A stretch of DNA of 32,000 bases from Alkalilimnicola ehrlichii MLHE-1 (GTDB lineage Bacteria; Pseudomonadota; Gammaproteobacteria; Nitrococcales; Halorhodospiraceae). Position numbers and translations under genes: made by a program. The stretch lies in contig NC_008340.1 of assembly GCF_000014785.1 (NCBI RefSeq), positions 2,130,001-2,162,000 of the forward strand, read 5' to 3'. Positions within the stretch are counted from its first letter, which is position 1; every line of letters starts with the position of its first letter. Positions 19,603-29,011 of the stretch are shown piece by piece. The notes beneath the pieces were generated by a model, which ran no database searches, had not been told where the DNA came from, and saw only the letters and a program-made list of their open reading frames with translations.

Positions 19603-20310
19603 ATGAAGCAACACCCCTGGATCATCGCCCACCGCGGTGATGTTGAGCGGCATACAGAGAACACACTGCCCGCCTTCCGCTCGGCCCTGGAACGCGGCGC
19701 AGATGGCATTGAGCTGGACGTGCAATTCACCGCCGAGGGCACGCCGGTAGTCTTTCACGACCGGGACCTCCGGCGGATCACCGGGCAGCGGGGTAATCTG
19801 GCGGACCTGGAGGATAAGGCGCTGGACACCCTGGGCCTGCGCCCGGGACCGGATCAGGCCGGCTTTCACCTGCCCACCCTGCGGGAGGCCTGCGAGTGCC
19901 TCGCCCACGCCCGAGTCCCGCTCTTCGTCGAGATCAAGACCGACGCACTGCCCCATCATCAGGTTCCCACGGCCGTGGCCGATGTCCTCCGGGACAGCGA
20001 GGCCATCGCCAGTCATCGGGTGCTTATCAGCTTCAGCGAGGCCGCCCTGCGGATCGCCCGATCGCATGCGCGGGTGCCCGTCGGCTGGGTGCTGGAGGCA
20101 TGGGACATCGCCAGTCGCGAGCGAGCCGAGGCGCTGCAACCCGACTGGTTGTTTTGTGACACCGCGCTGCTGCCGCCGGGCACGGCGCCGCTTTGGGCGG
20201 GCCCCTGGGACTGGGCCATCTATGAAATCAACGAAACCGGGCCCGCAGGGGCGCTGGCCCGGCGTGGTGTGAAGGCAATCGAGACGGGAAGGCTTTCTGT
20301 CTGGCGGTGA
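19603..20310 (+). CDS. Glycerophosphodiester phosphodiesterase
   Basis: Starts 'MKQHPWIIAHRGDVERHTENTLPAFRSALERGADGIELDVQFTAEGTPVVFHDRDLRRITG'; AGGAGAGAG RBS upstream. Longer upstream ORF start at 19351 overlaps tgpA and is not credible. Confidence 0.93.
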   Translation: MKQHPWIIAHRGDVERHTENTLPAFRSALERGADGIELDVQFTAEGTPVVFHDRDLRRITGQRGNLADLEDKALDTLGLRPGPDQAGFHLPTLREACECLAHARVPLFVEIKTDALPHHQVPTAVADVLRDSEAIASHRVLISFSEAALRIARSHARVPVGWVLEAWDIASRERAEALQPDWLFCDTALLPPGTAPLWAGPWDWAIYEINETGPAGALARRGVKAIETGRLSVWR

Positions 20311-20381
20311 GGCGCGAGGGAAAACAACACCCCTCGCCGCCGGGGCGCCCCCGGCGGACCGGTCCCCGGCCGCTCCCCTGG

Positions 20382-20858
20382 TCAGCCGCGCGCGGTCCGG
20401 CGCCGGTCGGCCAGCGGCTGCTCGGCCAGACCCTGGCGCTCGGCAACCCGACGAACCGCCGGCTCCTGGGCCAACTGCGCCAGGGTAATGCCGTTCAGGA
20501 AGTCGTAGATCTGGCGGCTCAGGTCCATCCACAGATCATGGGTCAGGCAGCGCTCACCCTCCTGGCAATCACCCCGCCCCTTGCAGCGTGTGGCATCCAC
20601 GTTCTCGTCCACGGCCGTAATGATATCGGCAATGGTGATCTGATCCGCGGGCTGGGCCAGGCGATAACCGCCGCCGGGCCCCCGCACCCCGGACACCAGC
20701 GAGTGCTTGCGCAGCCGGGCAAAGAGCTGCTCCAGATAGGACAAGGAGATCCCCTGTGACTCGGAGATGTCCGCCAGAGTGACTGGCCCCTGCCCCTCGT
20801 GGAGGGCAAGATCCATCATGGCTGTGACCGCGTAGCGGCCCTTGGTCGATAGTTTCAT
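20382..20858 (-). CDS. iscR: Rrf2-family Fe-S cluster regulator, IscR type
   Basis: '[68 protein letters not shown]'; cluster-ligand motif C-x5-C-x5-C-LTH ('[16 protein letters not shown]'). Confidence 0.92.
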   Translation of the reverse strand: MKLSTKGRYAVTAMMDLALHEGQGPVTLADISESQGISLSYLEQLFARLRKHSLVSGVRGPGGGYRLAQPADQITIADIITAVDENVDATRCKGRGDCQEGERCLTHDLWMDLSRQIYDFLNGITLAQLAQEPAVRRVAERQGLAEQPLADRRRTARG

Positions 20859-20904
20859 CCCAACCTTCCCGTAAGACTCATCCAGGGCAAAAAACCTTTC
20901 GCCT

Positions 20905-20933
20905 TTTATAGGCACTAAACCCACTTTCGTCAA
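20905..20933 (-). promoter_or_regulatory. Sigma70-like promoter for iscR
   Basis: Minus strand reads TTGACG (20933-20928), 17-nt spacer, TATAAA (20910-20905), 46 nt upstream of the iscR ATG. Confidence 0.75.
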
Positions 20934-20971
20934 GGGGTATTGGTTATAAATACGGTTTAAACGTACAAGGC

Positions 20972-21412
20972 TCAAACGACTGGGGAATCGAAACGGTGCC
21001 CCTCGCCGAGACAAAACCGCAGCCAGCGGTTCAGGAACCGGTTGGCACGCCAGCGCCACGCCAGCGACGGCCCTTGGTCGCGGGCCTTGCCGCGCCGCCC
21101 CCGGCCCACCACCTCGGCGACCCGGGCGTCGTAATAGATGCGCACCCGCAGGGCGGGCAGCGCCTCGGGCCCCAGTGCCGCCCCGCCCGCGAACTGGTGA
21201 GTCAGAAAGTAGGTGCGGGTATAGGGGGTGGACTCGAGCAACTCGGCGTGCAGCGCCGCGCCCCGGGCCATCGGGCTGACCCGACAGAGGCCGTGCTCGG
21301 CCTCAGGCAGCAGCCGCCGGAGGAAGAGATAGTTCGACTCGTACAGCTCCATCAGGCCGCTGAAACTGGGCCCGGCCCGCTGACGGTCCAACGCTGGCGA
21401 CAAGTGCATCAT
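20972..21412 (-). CDS. DUF1249 family protein (YqiB-like)
   Basis: '[23 protein letters not shown]', '[11 protein letters not shown]', '[16 protein letters not shown]', '[33 protein letters not shown]'. Likely start MMHLSPALD at 21412. Confidence 0.82.
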   Translation of the reverse strand: MMHLSPALDRQRAGPSFSGLMELYESNYLFLRRLLPEAEHGLCRVSPMARGAALHAELLESTPYTRTYFLTHQFAGGAALGPEALPALRVRIYYDARVAEVVGRGRRGKARDQGPSLAWRWRANRFLNRWLRFCLGEGHRFDSPVV

Positions 21413-21499
21413 GGGGCCCGATCTTACCACAGGGGTGGCACCTCGGCGGCGGACGAATGGGCGCACGAACCGGACCGGACTGGAAAACGGGCGACAGTT

Positions 21500-22324
21500 C
21501 TAATAAAGTCGCCGCTCCAATTTGGCCTCGTGGATGATTTTGGTGGCGATCTCCTCGATGGACATGGTGGTGGTGTTCACATAGGGAATGCCTTCGCTGC
21601 GGAACAGGGCCTCCGCGCGCGCCACCTCGTAGCTGCACTGGCGCAGGGAGGCGTAATCGCTGTTGGGCAGCCGCCCGGAGCGGATTGTCTGCAGCCGGTC
21701 GACGTTGATGGTCAGCCCGTACAGCTTGCGCTTGTGCTCCACCAGCTTCCGCGGCAGCTTGCCGCGGTTGAGATCATCCTGGGTCAGCGGGTAGTTGGCG
21801 GCGTAAATGCCGTACTGCAGCGCCAGATAGATACAGGTCGGGGTCTTGCCGCTGCGCGAGACCGCCGTGAGGATGACGTCGGCCCGGGAGTAGTGATGGG
21901 TCACTGCCCCGTCGTCGTGGTTGAGCGCATAGTTCATGGCGTCAATCCGGACGTCATACATGTTATTATCCACGACCCCGTGGGACCGCCCAATGACGTG
22001 GCTGGAGGGCATACGCAATTCCTGCTCCAGCGGGGCGATGAAGGTGTCGAAAAAGTCGAACAGCACGGCGTCCGTGGTCTGCAATACCCGGCGGACCTCG
22101 GCATCGACAACTGTGGAGAACACAATGGGCCGCAAGCCGGAGCGCTGGCTGGCGACGTTCAGTTGTTCCACCACCTGGGCGGCCTTCTCCTCGGTATCGA
22201 CGAAGGGGATGGTCCGCTGTTCGAAGTCAATAGAGAACTGGGTCAACAGGCTGTGACCCAAGGCTTCGGCCGTGATGCCGGTGCGGTCGGAGATGAAATA
22301 GACGCTACGTCTGGCTTCGGTCAT
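21500..22324 (-). CDS. ppsR: Phosphoenolpyruvate synthase regulatory protein (DUF299; bifunctional kinase/phosphorylase)
   Basis: 'RRSVYFISDRTGITAEALGHSLLTQF', 'VDAEVRRVLQTTDAVLFDFFDTFIAPLEQEL', 'YSRADVILTAVSRSGKTPTCIYLAL'. Divergent from ppsA. Confidence 0.95.
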   Translation of the reverse strand: MTEARRSVYFISDRTGITAEALGHSLLTQFSIDFEQRTIPFVDTEEKAAQVVEQLNVASQRSGLRPIVFSTVVDAEVRRVLQTTDAVLFDFFDTFIAPLEQELRMPSSHVIGRSHGVVDNNMYDVRIDAMNYALNHDDGAVTHHYSRADVILTAVSRSGKTPTCIYLALQYGIYAANYPLTQDDLNRGKLPRKLVEHKRKLYGLTINVDRLQTIRSGRLPNSDYASLRQCSYEVARAEALFRSEGIPYVNTTTMSIEEIATKIIHEAKLERRLY

Positions 22325-22444
22325 TGACGATGCGGGCTCCGCTGGACTGGGCGGCTGACTGGATGCCCATGCATGCTAGCGGAATTGCCGGCACCGTGCA
22401 CAGCAACCCGTAGGCAATCGCGAAATATCAAGGGGGACGCAACC

Positions 22445-24820
22445 TTGCAAGAGTATGTGGTCAACTTCGACACCCTGGGGATGGGGGATGTGGATCGCGT
22501 AGGGGGGAAGAACGCCTCCCTGGGCGAGATGATCAGCCACCTGTCCGCAGCGGGCGTGAGCGTGCCGGGGGGCTTTGCCACCACCGCGAAGGCCTACTGG
22601 GATTTCCTGGACGAGAGCGGCCTGCGCGAGCGTATCAACGGCCTGCTCGAGCCCCTGGATATCGAAGACGTGGACGCCCTGGTCCGCACCGGCGCCGAGA
22701 TCCGCCAGCTGATCATCGACACGCCCTTCCCGGCGGCCTTGGAACAGGCTATCACCGAGGCCTACCAGAAGCTGGAGGCCGAGACCCCGGGCGAGGCCTC
22801 CTTCGCCGTACGCTCCTCCGCCACCGCCGAGGACCTGCCGGACGCCTCCTTCGCCGGGCAGCAGGAGACCTTCCTGAACGTGCGCGGGCTGGACGGCATC
22901 ATGGAGGCGGTCAAGCACGTCTTCGCCTCCCTGTTCAACGACCGCGCCATCTCTTACCGGGTGCACCACGGTTTTGAGCACAGCCAGGTGGCGCTCTCCG
23001 CCGGGATCCAGCGCATGGTGCGCTCCGACATCGGCGCCGCCGGCGTGATATTCACCATGGACACCGAATCGGGCTTCCGCGACGTGGTCTTCATCACCTC
23101 GTCCTACGGCCTGGGTGAGACGGTGGTCCAGGGCGCGGTCAACCCGGATGAGTTCTACGTCCACAAGCCCACGCTGGAGGCCGGCCGCCCGGCCGTACTG
23201 CGCCGCAACCTCGGCAGCAAGGCCATCAAGATGGTCTACTCCGGCGACCAGACCCACGGCAAGACGGTCGCGACCGTAGACGTGGACGAGGCCGAACGCC
23301 TGCAGTACTCGCTGACCGACGACGAGGTGCAGGACCTGGCCCGCCAGGCAATGATCATTGAAAAGCACTACGACCGGCCCATGGACATCGAGTGGGGCAA
23401 GGACGGCCAGGACGGCAAGCTCTACATCCTGCAGGCCCGCCCGGAGACGGTGAAGAGCCGTGACGCCGGCCAGACCCTGGAGCGCTTCCACCTCAAGGCC
23501 CGGGGCGATGTGCTCTCCACCGGCCGTGCCATCGGCCAGCGCATCGGCGCCGGACCGGCCCGGGTGGTCGACAGTATCAACGACATGAACAAGGTCAAGG
23601 CCGGTGACGTGCTGGTCACCGACATGACTGACCCGGACTGGGAGCCCATCATGAAGCGGGCCTCCGCCATCGTCACCAATCGCGGCGGCCGCACCTGTCA
23701 CGCGGCCATCATCGCCCGCGAGTTGGGGATCCCGGCGGTGGTGGGCACCGGTGACGGCACCGAGCGTATCAAGGACGGCCACGAGGTGACCGTCTCCTGC
23801 GCTGAGGGCGACACCGGCTACATCTATGCCGGCAAGCAGGACTACGAGGTCCGCAAGATCGCCCTGGACAAGCTGCCCGAGCTCCCCTTCAAGATCATGA
23901 TGAACGTGGGCAACCCGGACCGCGCCTTCGACTTCGCCAGCCTGCCCAACGCCGGCATCGGCCTGGCGCGGCTGGAGTTCATCATCAACCGGATGATCGG
24001 CATCCACCCCAAGGCGCTGCTGGAGTTCGACCAGCAGGACGAGAACCTAAAGCAGGTGATCCGCACCCAGGCGGCCGGCTACAGCGATCCGGTCCAGTTT
24101 TACGTGGACAAGCTGGCCGAGGGCATCTCCACCCTGGCCGCCGCCTTCACGCCGAAGCCGGTGATCGTGCGGCTGTCCGACTTCAAGTCCAACGAGTACG
24201 CCAACCTGATCGGCGGCGCGCAGTACGAGCCCGACGAGGAGAACCCCATGCTGGGCTTCCGCGGCGCCTCACGCTATACCGCCGACAGCTTCCGCGACTG
24301 CTTCGCCCTGGAGTGCAAGGCGCTGAAGAAGGTCCGTGACGAGATGGGCCTAGACAACGTCTGGGTCATGGTGCCCTTCGTGCGCACCGTCGAGGAAGGC
24401 AAAGGGGTGCTGGCGGAACTGGAGAAAAACGGCTTGAAAAAGGGCGAGAATGGGCTCAAGGTCATCATGATGTGTGAGCTGCCGTCCAACGCCCTGCTGG
24501 CCGACGAGTTCCTGGAGCACTTCGACGGTTATTCCATCGGCTCCAACGACCTCACCCAGCTCACCCTGGGCCTGGACCGCGACTCCAGCCTGATCGCCGA
24601 GCTGTTCGATGAGCGCGACGAAGCGGTCAAGAAACTGCTCTCCATGGCCATCCAGAGCGCCCGCCGGGCCGGCAAGTACGTGGGCATCTGCGGCCAGGGG
24701 CCGTCCGACCACCCCGACCTCGCCCGCTGGCTGATGGACGAGGGTATCGAAAGTGTCTCTTTAAACCCCGATTCGGTGGTGGAGACCTGGCTCTACCTGG
24801 CTGGGGAACAGGCCCAATAG
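22445..24820 (+). CDS. ppsA: Phosphoenolpyruvate synthase (probable TTG start)
   Basis: '[29 protein letters not shown]', '[24 protein letters not shown]', '[32 protein letters not shown]'. TTG at 22445 is preceded by AAGGGGGA; the track ATG at 22373 adds a non-homologous-looking leader. Confidence 0.96.
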   Translation: MQEYVVNFDTLGMGDVDRVGGKNASLGEMISHLSAAGVSVPGGFATTAKAYWDFLDESGLRERINGLLEPLDIEDVDALVRTGAEIRQLIIDTPFPAALEQAITEAYQKLEAETPGEASFAVRSSATAEDLPDASFAGQQETFLNVRGLDGIMEAVKHVFASLFNDRAISYRVHHGFEHSQVALSAGIQRMVRSDIGAAGVIFTMDTESGFRDVVFITSSYGLGETVVQGAVNPDEFYVHKPTLEAGRPAVLRRNLGSKAIKMVYSGDQTHGKTVATVDVDEAERLQYSLTDDEVQDLARQAMIIEKHYDRPMDIEWGKDGQDGKLYILQARPETVKSRDAGQTLERFHLKARGDVLSTGRAIGQRIGAGPARVVDSINDMNKVKAGDVLVTDMTDPDWEPIMKRASAIVTNRGGRTCHAAIIARELGIPAVVGTGDGTERIKDGHEVTVSCAEGDTGYIYAGKQDYEVRKIALDKLPELPFKIMMNVGNPDRAFDFASLPNAGIGLARLEFIINRMIGIHPKALLEFDQQDENLKQVIRTQAAGYSDPVQFYVDKLAEGISTLAAAFTPKPVIVRLSDFKSNEYANLIGGAQYEPDEENPMLGFRGASRYTADSFRDCFALECKALKKVRDEMGLDNVWVMVPFVRTVEEGKGVLAELEKNGLKKGENGLKVIMMCELPSNALLADEFLEHFDGYSIGSNDLTQLTLGLDRDSSLIAELFDERDEAVKKLLSMAIQSARRAGKYVGICGQGPSDHPDLARWLMDEGIESVSLNPDSVVETWLYLAGEQAQ

Positions 24821-24847
24821 GCTGCCTCCGGCAAGAGCCGACCTGAG

Positions 24848-24878
24848 AGGGCGCCCCAAAAGGGCGCCCTTTCTTTTT
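24848..24878 (+). terminator. Rho-independent terminator of ppsA
   Basis: AGGGCGCCC-CAAAA-GGGCGCCCT followed by TTCTTTTT, 28 nt after the ppsA stop. Confidence 0.93.
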
Positions 24879-24887
24879 CTCAGCCGG

Positions 24888-25937
24888 TCAGAAGTCGATC
24901 CGTAACCCCACAGAGACGCCATAGGGGTCTTCACCCGGGGTATCCATCTCCGGGTCGGCGGAACGGGACTGGCGGTAGGGGGTCAGATCCCCTTCGTCAT
25001 CGTTGTCCAGCCACGCCAGGCGCAGATAGACCCGCACGCTGTCCGCCAGGAAGCGCTCGGCACCCAGCGCGTACATCGTCGCGTCCAGGTCATCGCCATC
25101 CCTCGCGTCCACCGTGTAGACCTGCGCCAGAAGCCGGTTCACCCCGAAGGCATAGGTCACAGAGCCACCCAGGGCCCAGCTGTCCGGATCACGCGTGGAC
25201 TGGTAAAGACCGGTCAGCCGCCAGTCGCCAAGCCCCTGGCTGGCCGCCACCCGCCAGATGGTCGGTGTCTCACCGGCCCGGTAACGCTCATAGCCGAGTC
25301 CCACCCAGGTCGCGTCCCGCTCATAGTCGAGCATCGCGCTCCAGGCCTCGTCATCGTTATCGCTGGCGCTGCCGTCACCTTCCGCGTCGGCGGAGTAATG
25401 CAACTGCGCACCCAGTCCCTGGTAGCGGGGGGTGGTGTAGTTGAGGGAATTCTTCAGACGGCGGTCAAAGTTCACCCGCAGGTCCCGGTCATCATAGGCG
25501 GCCGTGTTCAGGCGCAGGATGTTTCGGGCGTCCCCCACGCTGTCGCTGAACGGGTCCACGTTGCTGCGCATGCGCTTTACCGGCGTGTCAATCCGACCGG
25601 CGCGCAGCAGCCCCCAGGGGCCCTCCAGGCCCGCGAAGGTGTTGCGCAAGGTCAGCTCATCGCTGCTGTCATCCTCGTTCAGCGCCGCCTGTATCTCCAC
25701 CTGGTAGACGGCGCGCAGGCGGTCATCATCCAACAGCACTTGGCCGCGCAAACCCAAGCGACTGGAGTTGTCCGAGAGGTGGCGCGAGGTGCCATCGCCG
25801 TTGTTCAGCACGTCGGCCGAGAGGTGCAGCCGCCCGTAGAGCTCAGGCCAGTCCAGCGGCTGCGCCACGGCGGGTAACGCCACCAGCAGCGACAGGCCGC
25901 CGACAGCCACGAAGCGAATCCCCGATTGCCTAATCAA
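24888..25937 (-). CDS. Gram-negative outer-membrane porin
   Basis: Signal peptide '...LLVALPAVAQ', porin-like 'PELYGRLHLSADV', 'AGLEGPWGLLRAGRIDTPVKRMRSNVDPF', C-terminal 'VSLRIDF' ending in Phe. Confidence 0.9.
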   Translation of the reverse strand: MIRQSGIRFVAVGGLSLLVALPAVAQPLDWPELYGRLHLSADVLNNGDGTSRHLSDNSSRLGLRGQVLLDDDRLRAVYQVEIQAALNEDDSSDELTLRNTFAGLEGPWGLLRAGRIDTPVKRMRSNVDPFSDSVGDARNILRLNTAAYDDRDLRVNFDRRLKNSLNYTTPRYQGLGAQLHYSADAEGDGSASDNDDEAWSAMLDYERDATWVGLGYERYRAGETPTIWRVAASQGLGDWRLTGLYQSTRDPDSWALGGSVTYAFGVNRLLAQVYTVDARDGDDLDATMYALGAERFLADSVRVYLRLAWLDNDDEGDLTPYRQSRSADPEMDTPGEDPYGVSVGLRIDF

Positions 25938-26002
25938 AACGTCATCTCCTTCTCTCCTTTACTGATCTTCCGGAAGGGGGCGCCCTATCTCAGCCCCCCG
26001 GA

Positions 26003-28195
26003 TCAGTCGATCAAATCCAGGCGCAGTCGCCCCTCCGCCTCCCATTGGCGCAGGCGTTCACGCGCTTCGGGTGGAGCGAGACCCCGTTGCTCGACCAACA
26101 CTCCAGTCAACGCCTCCCGCAACCCCCGGCCCAGGGTGCTCGCCTTGCCACAGGCGTAAAGCAGGGCATCGCGCCGCTCCAGCCAGTCCAGCAGCTCCGC
26201 CCCGGCCTCACGGATGCAGTCCGAGACGTAGCGCCCGTCATCCGCATCCCGCGAGAAGGCAGTATCGAGCCGATACAGGTGCCCCTCCTCCAGGCAGCGC
26301 TGCAGGCGCTCCCGGTAGAAGAAGTCCCCCGCCCGTTTTCGATTGCCGAAGAGCAGCCAGGCCGGCCCGGTACGGGGACGGTGAGCCTGTTCGGCCAGAA
26401 ATCCCATAAACGGGGCGATGCCGCAACCCGCAGCCACCATGATCATTGGCCGGTCCGGCGACTCCGGCGGATGGAAGTGGGGATGACGGCGCAGGGTCAT
26501 ATCCAGCGGGGTCCCCACCGGCAGCTGCCGGCAGAGCAGTCCCGAGGCCTCGCCCGGGGTCCCGTCGTCCCGGGTCACCACGGCGACGGTCAACATCAGC
26601 CGCCGTGGGTCCGTCAACGGGGTACTGCCGATGGAGTAGGGACGGGCCGGCGCGCCCGGCGCGGGTCGCACCAGCAGCAAATCCCCGGGCCGGTAGTCCA
26701 GCGGCTCCGCGCACTCGAATACCAAGCTCCAGACTTCATTGGTATCGGGATCGGCCGGATCATTGAGCTGTTGGCGTTGCGCCAGGGTCAGCCGGACCGG
26801 TTGGTCGCCGCCGTCCGGCGCCTCCAGCTCGCCGAGGTCAGTACCGACAGCCCGGCCCACCCGGTCCATCCAGCCCCGCCACGGGCCGGCCGGATCACCA
26901 TCCACCTTGACCAAGGGCAGGACCTCCTCCGCCCCGGAAGTCAGCAGGCGCTGACGCAACCGCTCGCCCGCCGCGCAGAATTGCCGGTAGGACGAGTCGC
27001 CCAGGGCCAACACGGCGAACCTGGCGCCACTCAACCGGCTGCCCGGGAGGGCATCGACAAAGCGGCGCGCGGCGTCAGGCACTTCGCCGTCACCGGTGGT
27101 GGAGATGATCAGCAGGACCTGCCGGAAACCCGGCAGCTCTTCCGGCCGAACCCCCGCCAGGGAGGCCTCCAGCACCCGCTCGCCGCCATCGCGTAGCGCC
27201 TTTGCCGTGGCCCGGGCCCAGCGTGCCGCGGTGCCCGTCTGGCTGCCGTAGGCCACCAGGATGTCGGCGGCGGGATCACCCTCGCGGCGCCGCGCCTGCC
27301 ACTGCCGCCGCAGCCAGACCCAGGTCCCGCTCAGCAGCAGAAAGCCCAGCGCCAATGCGGCTATGCCGTTCAGTGCACCGGAGATGGCACCTGCCCACGT
27401 CCCCTGGTGCAGTGACTGGACCAGCCCGGGGTAGGCGGTGACCCGGGCCACTTCTCCCGGCGTCACCACGTAGGTCACCCGGTTGCCGGTGGCGTCCGCC
27501 CCCTGCAAGGCCACCGAAACCTGGGCAAAGCGCTCGGCTTCGTAAACGGCGACCAGGTCTCCCTGCTGTGCGGCACGCGCGATAGCGGCCGGGAGCGTCA
27601 CTTGGGGCTGGTCACGGTCGAATTCCGGCAGCGCCGGGGTGCCCCATTGCAACGCCAGCAGGGCGCCGGTGGCCGTGACCAGAAAAATCAGTGGCAGGGT
27701 CAACCAGCCCAGCCCGGTGTGCCAGTCACTCAAGGTGTTGCGCAGCCGCGGCCAGGCCAGCCACGGCCCGGTCACGACGATAATCAGCAGGGCGTAGGTC
27801 ACCCACTCCACCAACCCGTCCAGACCCAGTAGAAGGTCCTTGTGCAGGTGACGCACGGTGCGGAAGAAGGACTCACCTGTGGCCCGCTCCACACCGGCCT
27901 CTCCGGTGGTGAGGTCGAAGGGCACCACCCGGCGCTCACCGCGCTGGCTGAAGGTAAGCACCAGTACCCGGTCCGCCTCGAACCGCAACGCCCTCGCCCG
28001 CTGCCGCTGATCCAATCGGTCCAGCCAGGTCAGCGTCTCCGGGACCGCCACGGGCACGTCGGCATCGGGGCCGGCCACCCAGTCCTCGACCACCGGCTGC
28101 ACCGCCAGCAGGCCGCCGGACACAATCAGCACCAGCAGCAGGGGAGCCAGCCCGATACTGAGCCACCGATGTAGCCACAACAGCCTCCGCTTCAA
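26003..28195 (-). CDS. PepSY-TM / flavodoxin / FAD-NAD(P)H reductase fusion protein (CysJ-like reductase half)
   Basis: N-terminal PepSY-TM 'LHRWLSIGLAPLLLVLIVSGGLLA...LHKDLLLGLDGLVEW'; flavodoxin 'VAYGSQTGTAARWARATAKALRDGG...STTGDGEVPDAARRF'; reductase 'RPYSIGSTPL', 'AAGCGIAPFMGFLAEQ', 'YACGKASTLGRGLREAL'. Confidence 0.9.
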   Translation of the reverse strand: MKRRLLWLHRWLSIGLAPLLLVLIVSGGLLAVQPVVEDWVAGPDADVPVAVPETLTWLDRLDQRQRARALRFEADRVLVLTFSQRGERRVVPFDLTTGEAGVERATGESFFRTVRHLHKDLLLGLDGLVEWVTYALLIIVVTGPWLAWPRLRNTLSDWHTGLGWLTLPLIFLVTATGALLALQWGTPALPEFDRDQPQVTLPAAIARAAQQGDLVAVYEAERFAQVSVALQGADATGNRVTYVVTPGEVARVTAYPGLVQSLHQGTWAGAISGALNGIAALALGFLLLSGTWVWLRRQWQARRREGDPAADILVAYGSQTGTAARWARATAKALRDGGERVLEASLAGVRPEELPGFRQVLLIISTTGDGEVPDAARRFVDALPGSRLSGARFAVLALGDSSYRQFCAAGERLRQRLLTSGAEEVLPLVKVDGDPAGPWRGWMDRVGRAVGTDLGELEAPDGGDQPVRLTLAQRQQLNDPADPDTNEVWSLVFECAEPLDYRPGDLLLVRPAPGAPARPYSIGSTPLTDPRRLMLTVAVVTRDDGTPGEASGLLCRQLPVGTPLDMTLRRHPHFHPPESPDRPMIMVAAGCGIAPFMGFLAEQAHRPRTGPAWLLFGNRKRAGDFFYRERLQRCLEEGHLYRLDTAFSRDADDGRYVSDCIREAGAELLDWLERRDALLYACGKASTLGRGLREALTGVLVEQRGLAPPEARERLRQWEAEGRLRLDLID

Positions 28196-28378
28196 GGTTC
28201 CACCCCCTACCCGCTACCCAGGCCAAAATCCCGCCCTCGATATGGCAGCGGTTCAGGCGTCCAGCCTACCTTTTCCGCGCCAAGAGGGCGTTGATACAGC
28301 GCAACCAGCAGCGTGCGGCACACGGGGTCGGTCTTTCAGCGCCGCCCAGGGCAGGCGGTGTGAGCGATGCGGGCGGCC

Positions 28379-28597
28379 TCAGCGGCGCGGGGCGGGTTGA
28401 ATCACCAGCCAGTCGTCCAGCAGGTCGGCAGGGAGGGTGCTCATGTTATAGCGCTCGGACAGCTGCGCCTTGACCTCCGCCAGGGCCTGAATCTGATCCT
28501 CCGCCTCCACGGTGAAGGTCTCCTCGGCCAGCTCGCCCAATGAGGCGCGGGCATCCTCCATGGCGCCCGGTTTGATATAGCAGTTCCAGCGGGACAT
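28379..28597 (-). CDS. Small uncharacterised protein (72 aa)
   Basis: MSRWNCYIKPGAMEDARASLGELAEETFTVEAEDQIQALAEVKAQLSERYNMSTLPADLLDDWLVIQPAPRR; strong AAGGGAGG RBS at suitable spacing. Confidence 0.65.
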   Translation of the reverse strand: MSRWNCYIKPGAMEDARASLGELAEETFTVEAEDQIQALAEVKAQLSERYNMSTLPADLLDDWLVIQPAPRR

Positions 28598-28685
28598 CGG
28601 CGGTCCTCCCTTTCCAAATGGTCTAGACAGTATAGCGGAGCCCGGCCCCTCGTCGGGGGACGGTGGAGAGGGCCGTCGTCCGCTG

Positions 28686-28769
28686 TGGCGAGGGCCGAGA
28701 GGCCATGATTATGGTGTGGCAATGGACGGACATGGATTGCTTCGTCGCTTCGCTCCTCGCAATGACGGG
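28686..28769 (-). repeat. Diverged, inverted copy of dispersed imperfect-palindromic repeat (copy A)
   Basis: Minus strand begins CCGTCATTGCGAGGAGCGAAGCGACGAAGCAATCC and reaches GGCCTCTCGGCCCTCGC, parallel to copies B and C; the distal end is degraded. Confidence 0.75.
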
Positions 28770-28809
28770 GGTGGTGGCGGCCCACCGTCACTGAGGGATG
28801 GGCATCCCC

Positions 28810-28890
28810 CCACCGTCACTGCGAGGAGGCGAAGCCGACGTGGCAGTCTACCGCCCTGGATCGCCACGGGCCTGCGGCCCTCGCGATGAC
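28810..28890 (+). repeat. Dispersed imperfect-palindromic repeat (copy B)
   Basis: CCACCGTCACTGCGAGGAGGCGAAGCCGACGTGGCAGTCTACCGCCCTGGATCGCCACGGGCCTGCGGCCCTCGCGATGAC; inverted ends CCGTCACTGCGAGG / CCTCGCGATGACGG. Confidence 0.92.
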
Positions 28891-28960
28891 GGGGAGGGGG
28901 GCCTGCGGCCCTCGCGATGACGGGGAGGGGGCCTGCGGCCCTCGCGATGACGGGGAGGGG
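28870..28960 (+). repeat. Threefold tandem repeat of the 30-bp 3'-end module
   Basis: GCCTGCGGCCCTCGCGATGACGGGGAGGGG at 28870-28899, 28901-28930 and 28931-28960, identical copies (one extra G between the first two). Confidence 0.95.
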
Positions 28961-29011
28961 CTGGCTAGCCCTCTTGAAGAACTTGACTGTGCCGGAAGCG
29001 GAAAGTCGCCC

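Noticed and set aside
20314-20337. Hairpin GCGAGGG-N10-CCCTCGC after the GDPD stop as a terminator
   Set aside because: A short stem with a 10-nt loop and no downstream T-tract; insufficient for an intrinsic terminator call.
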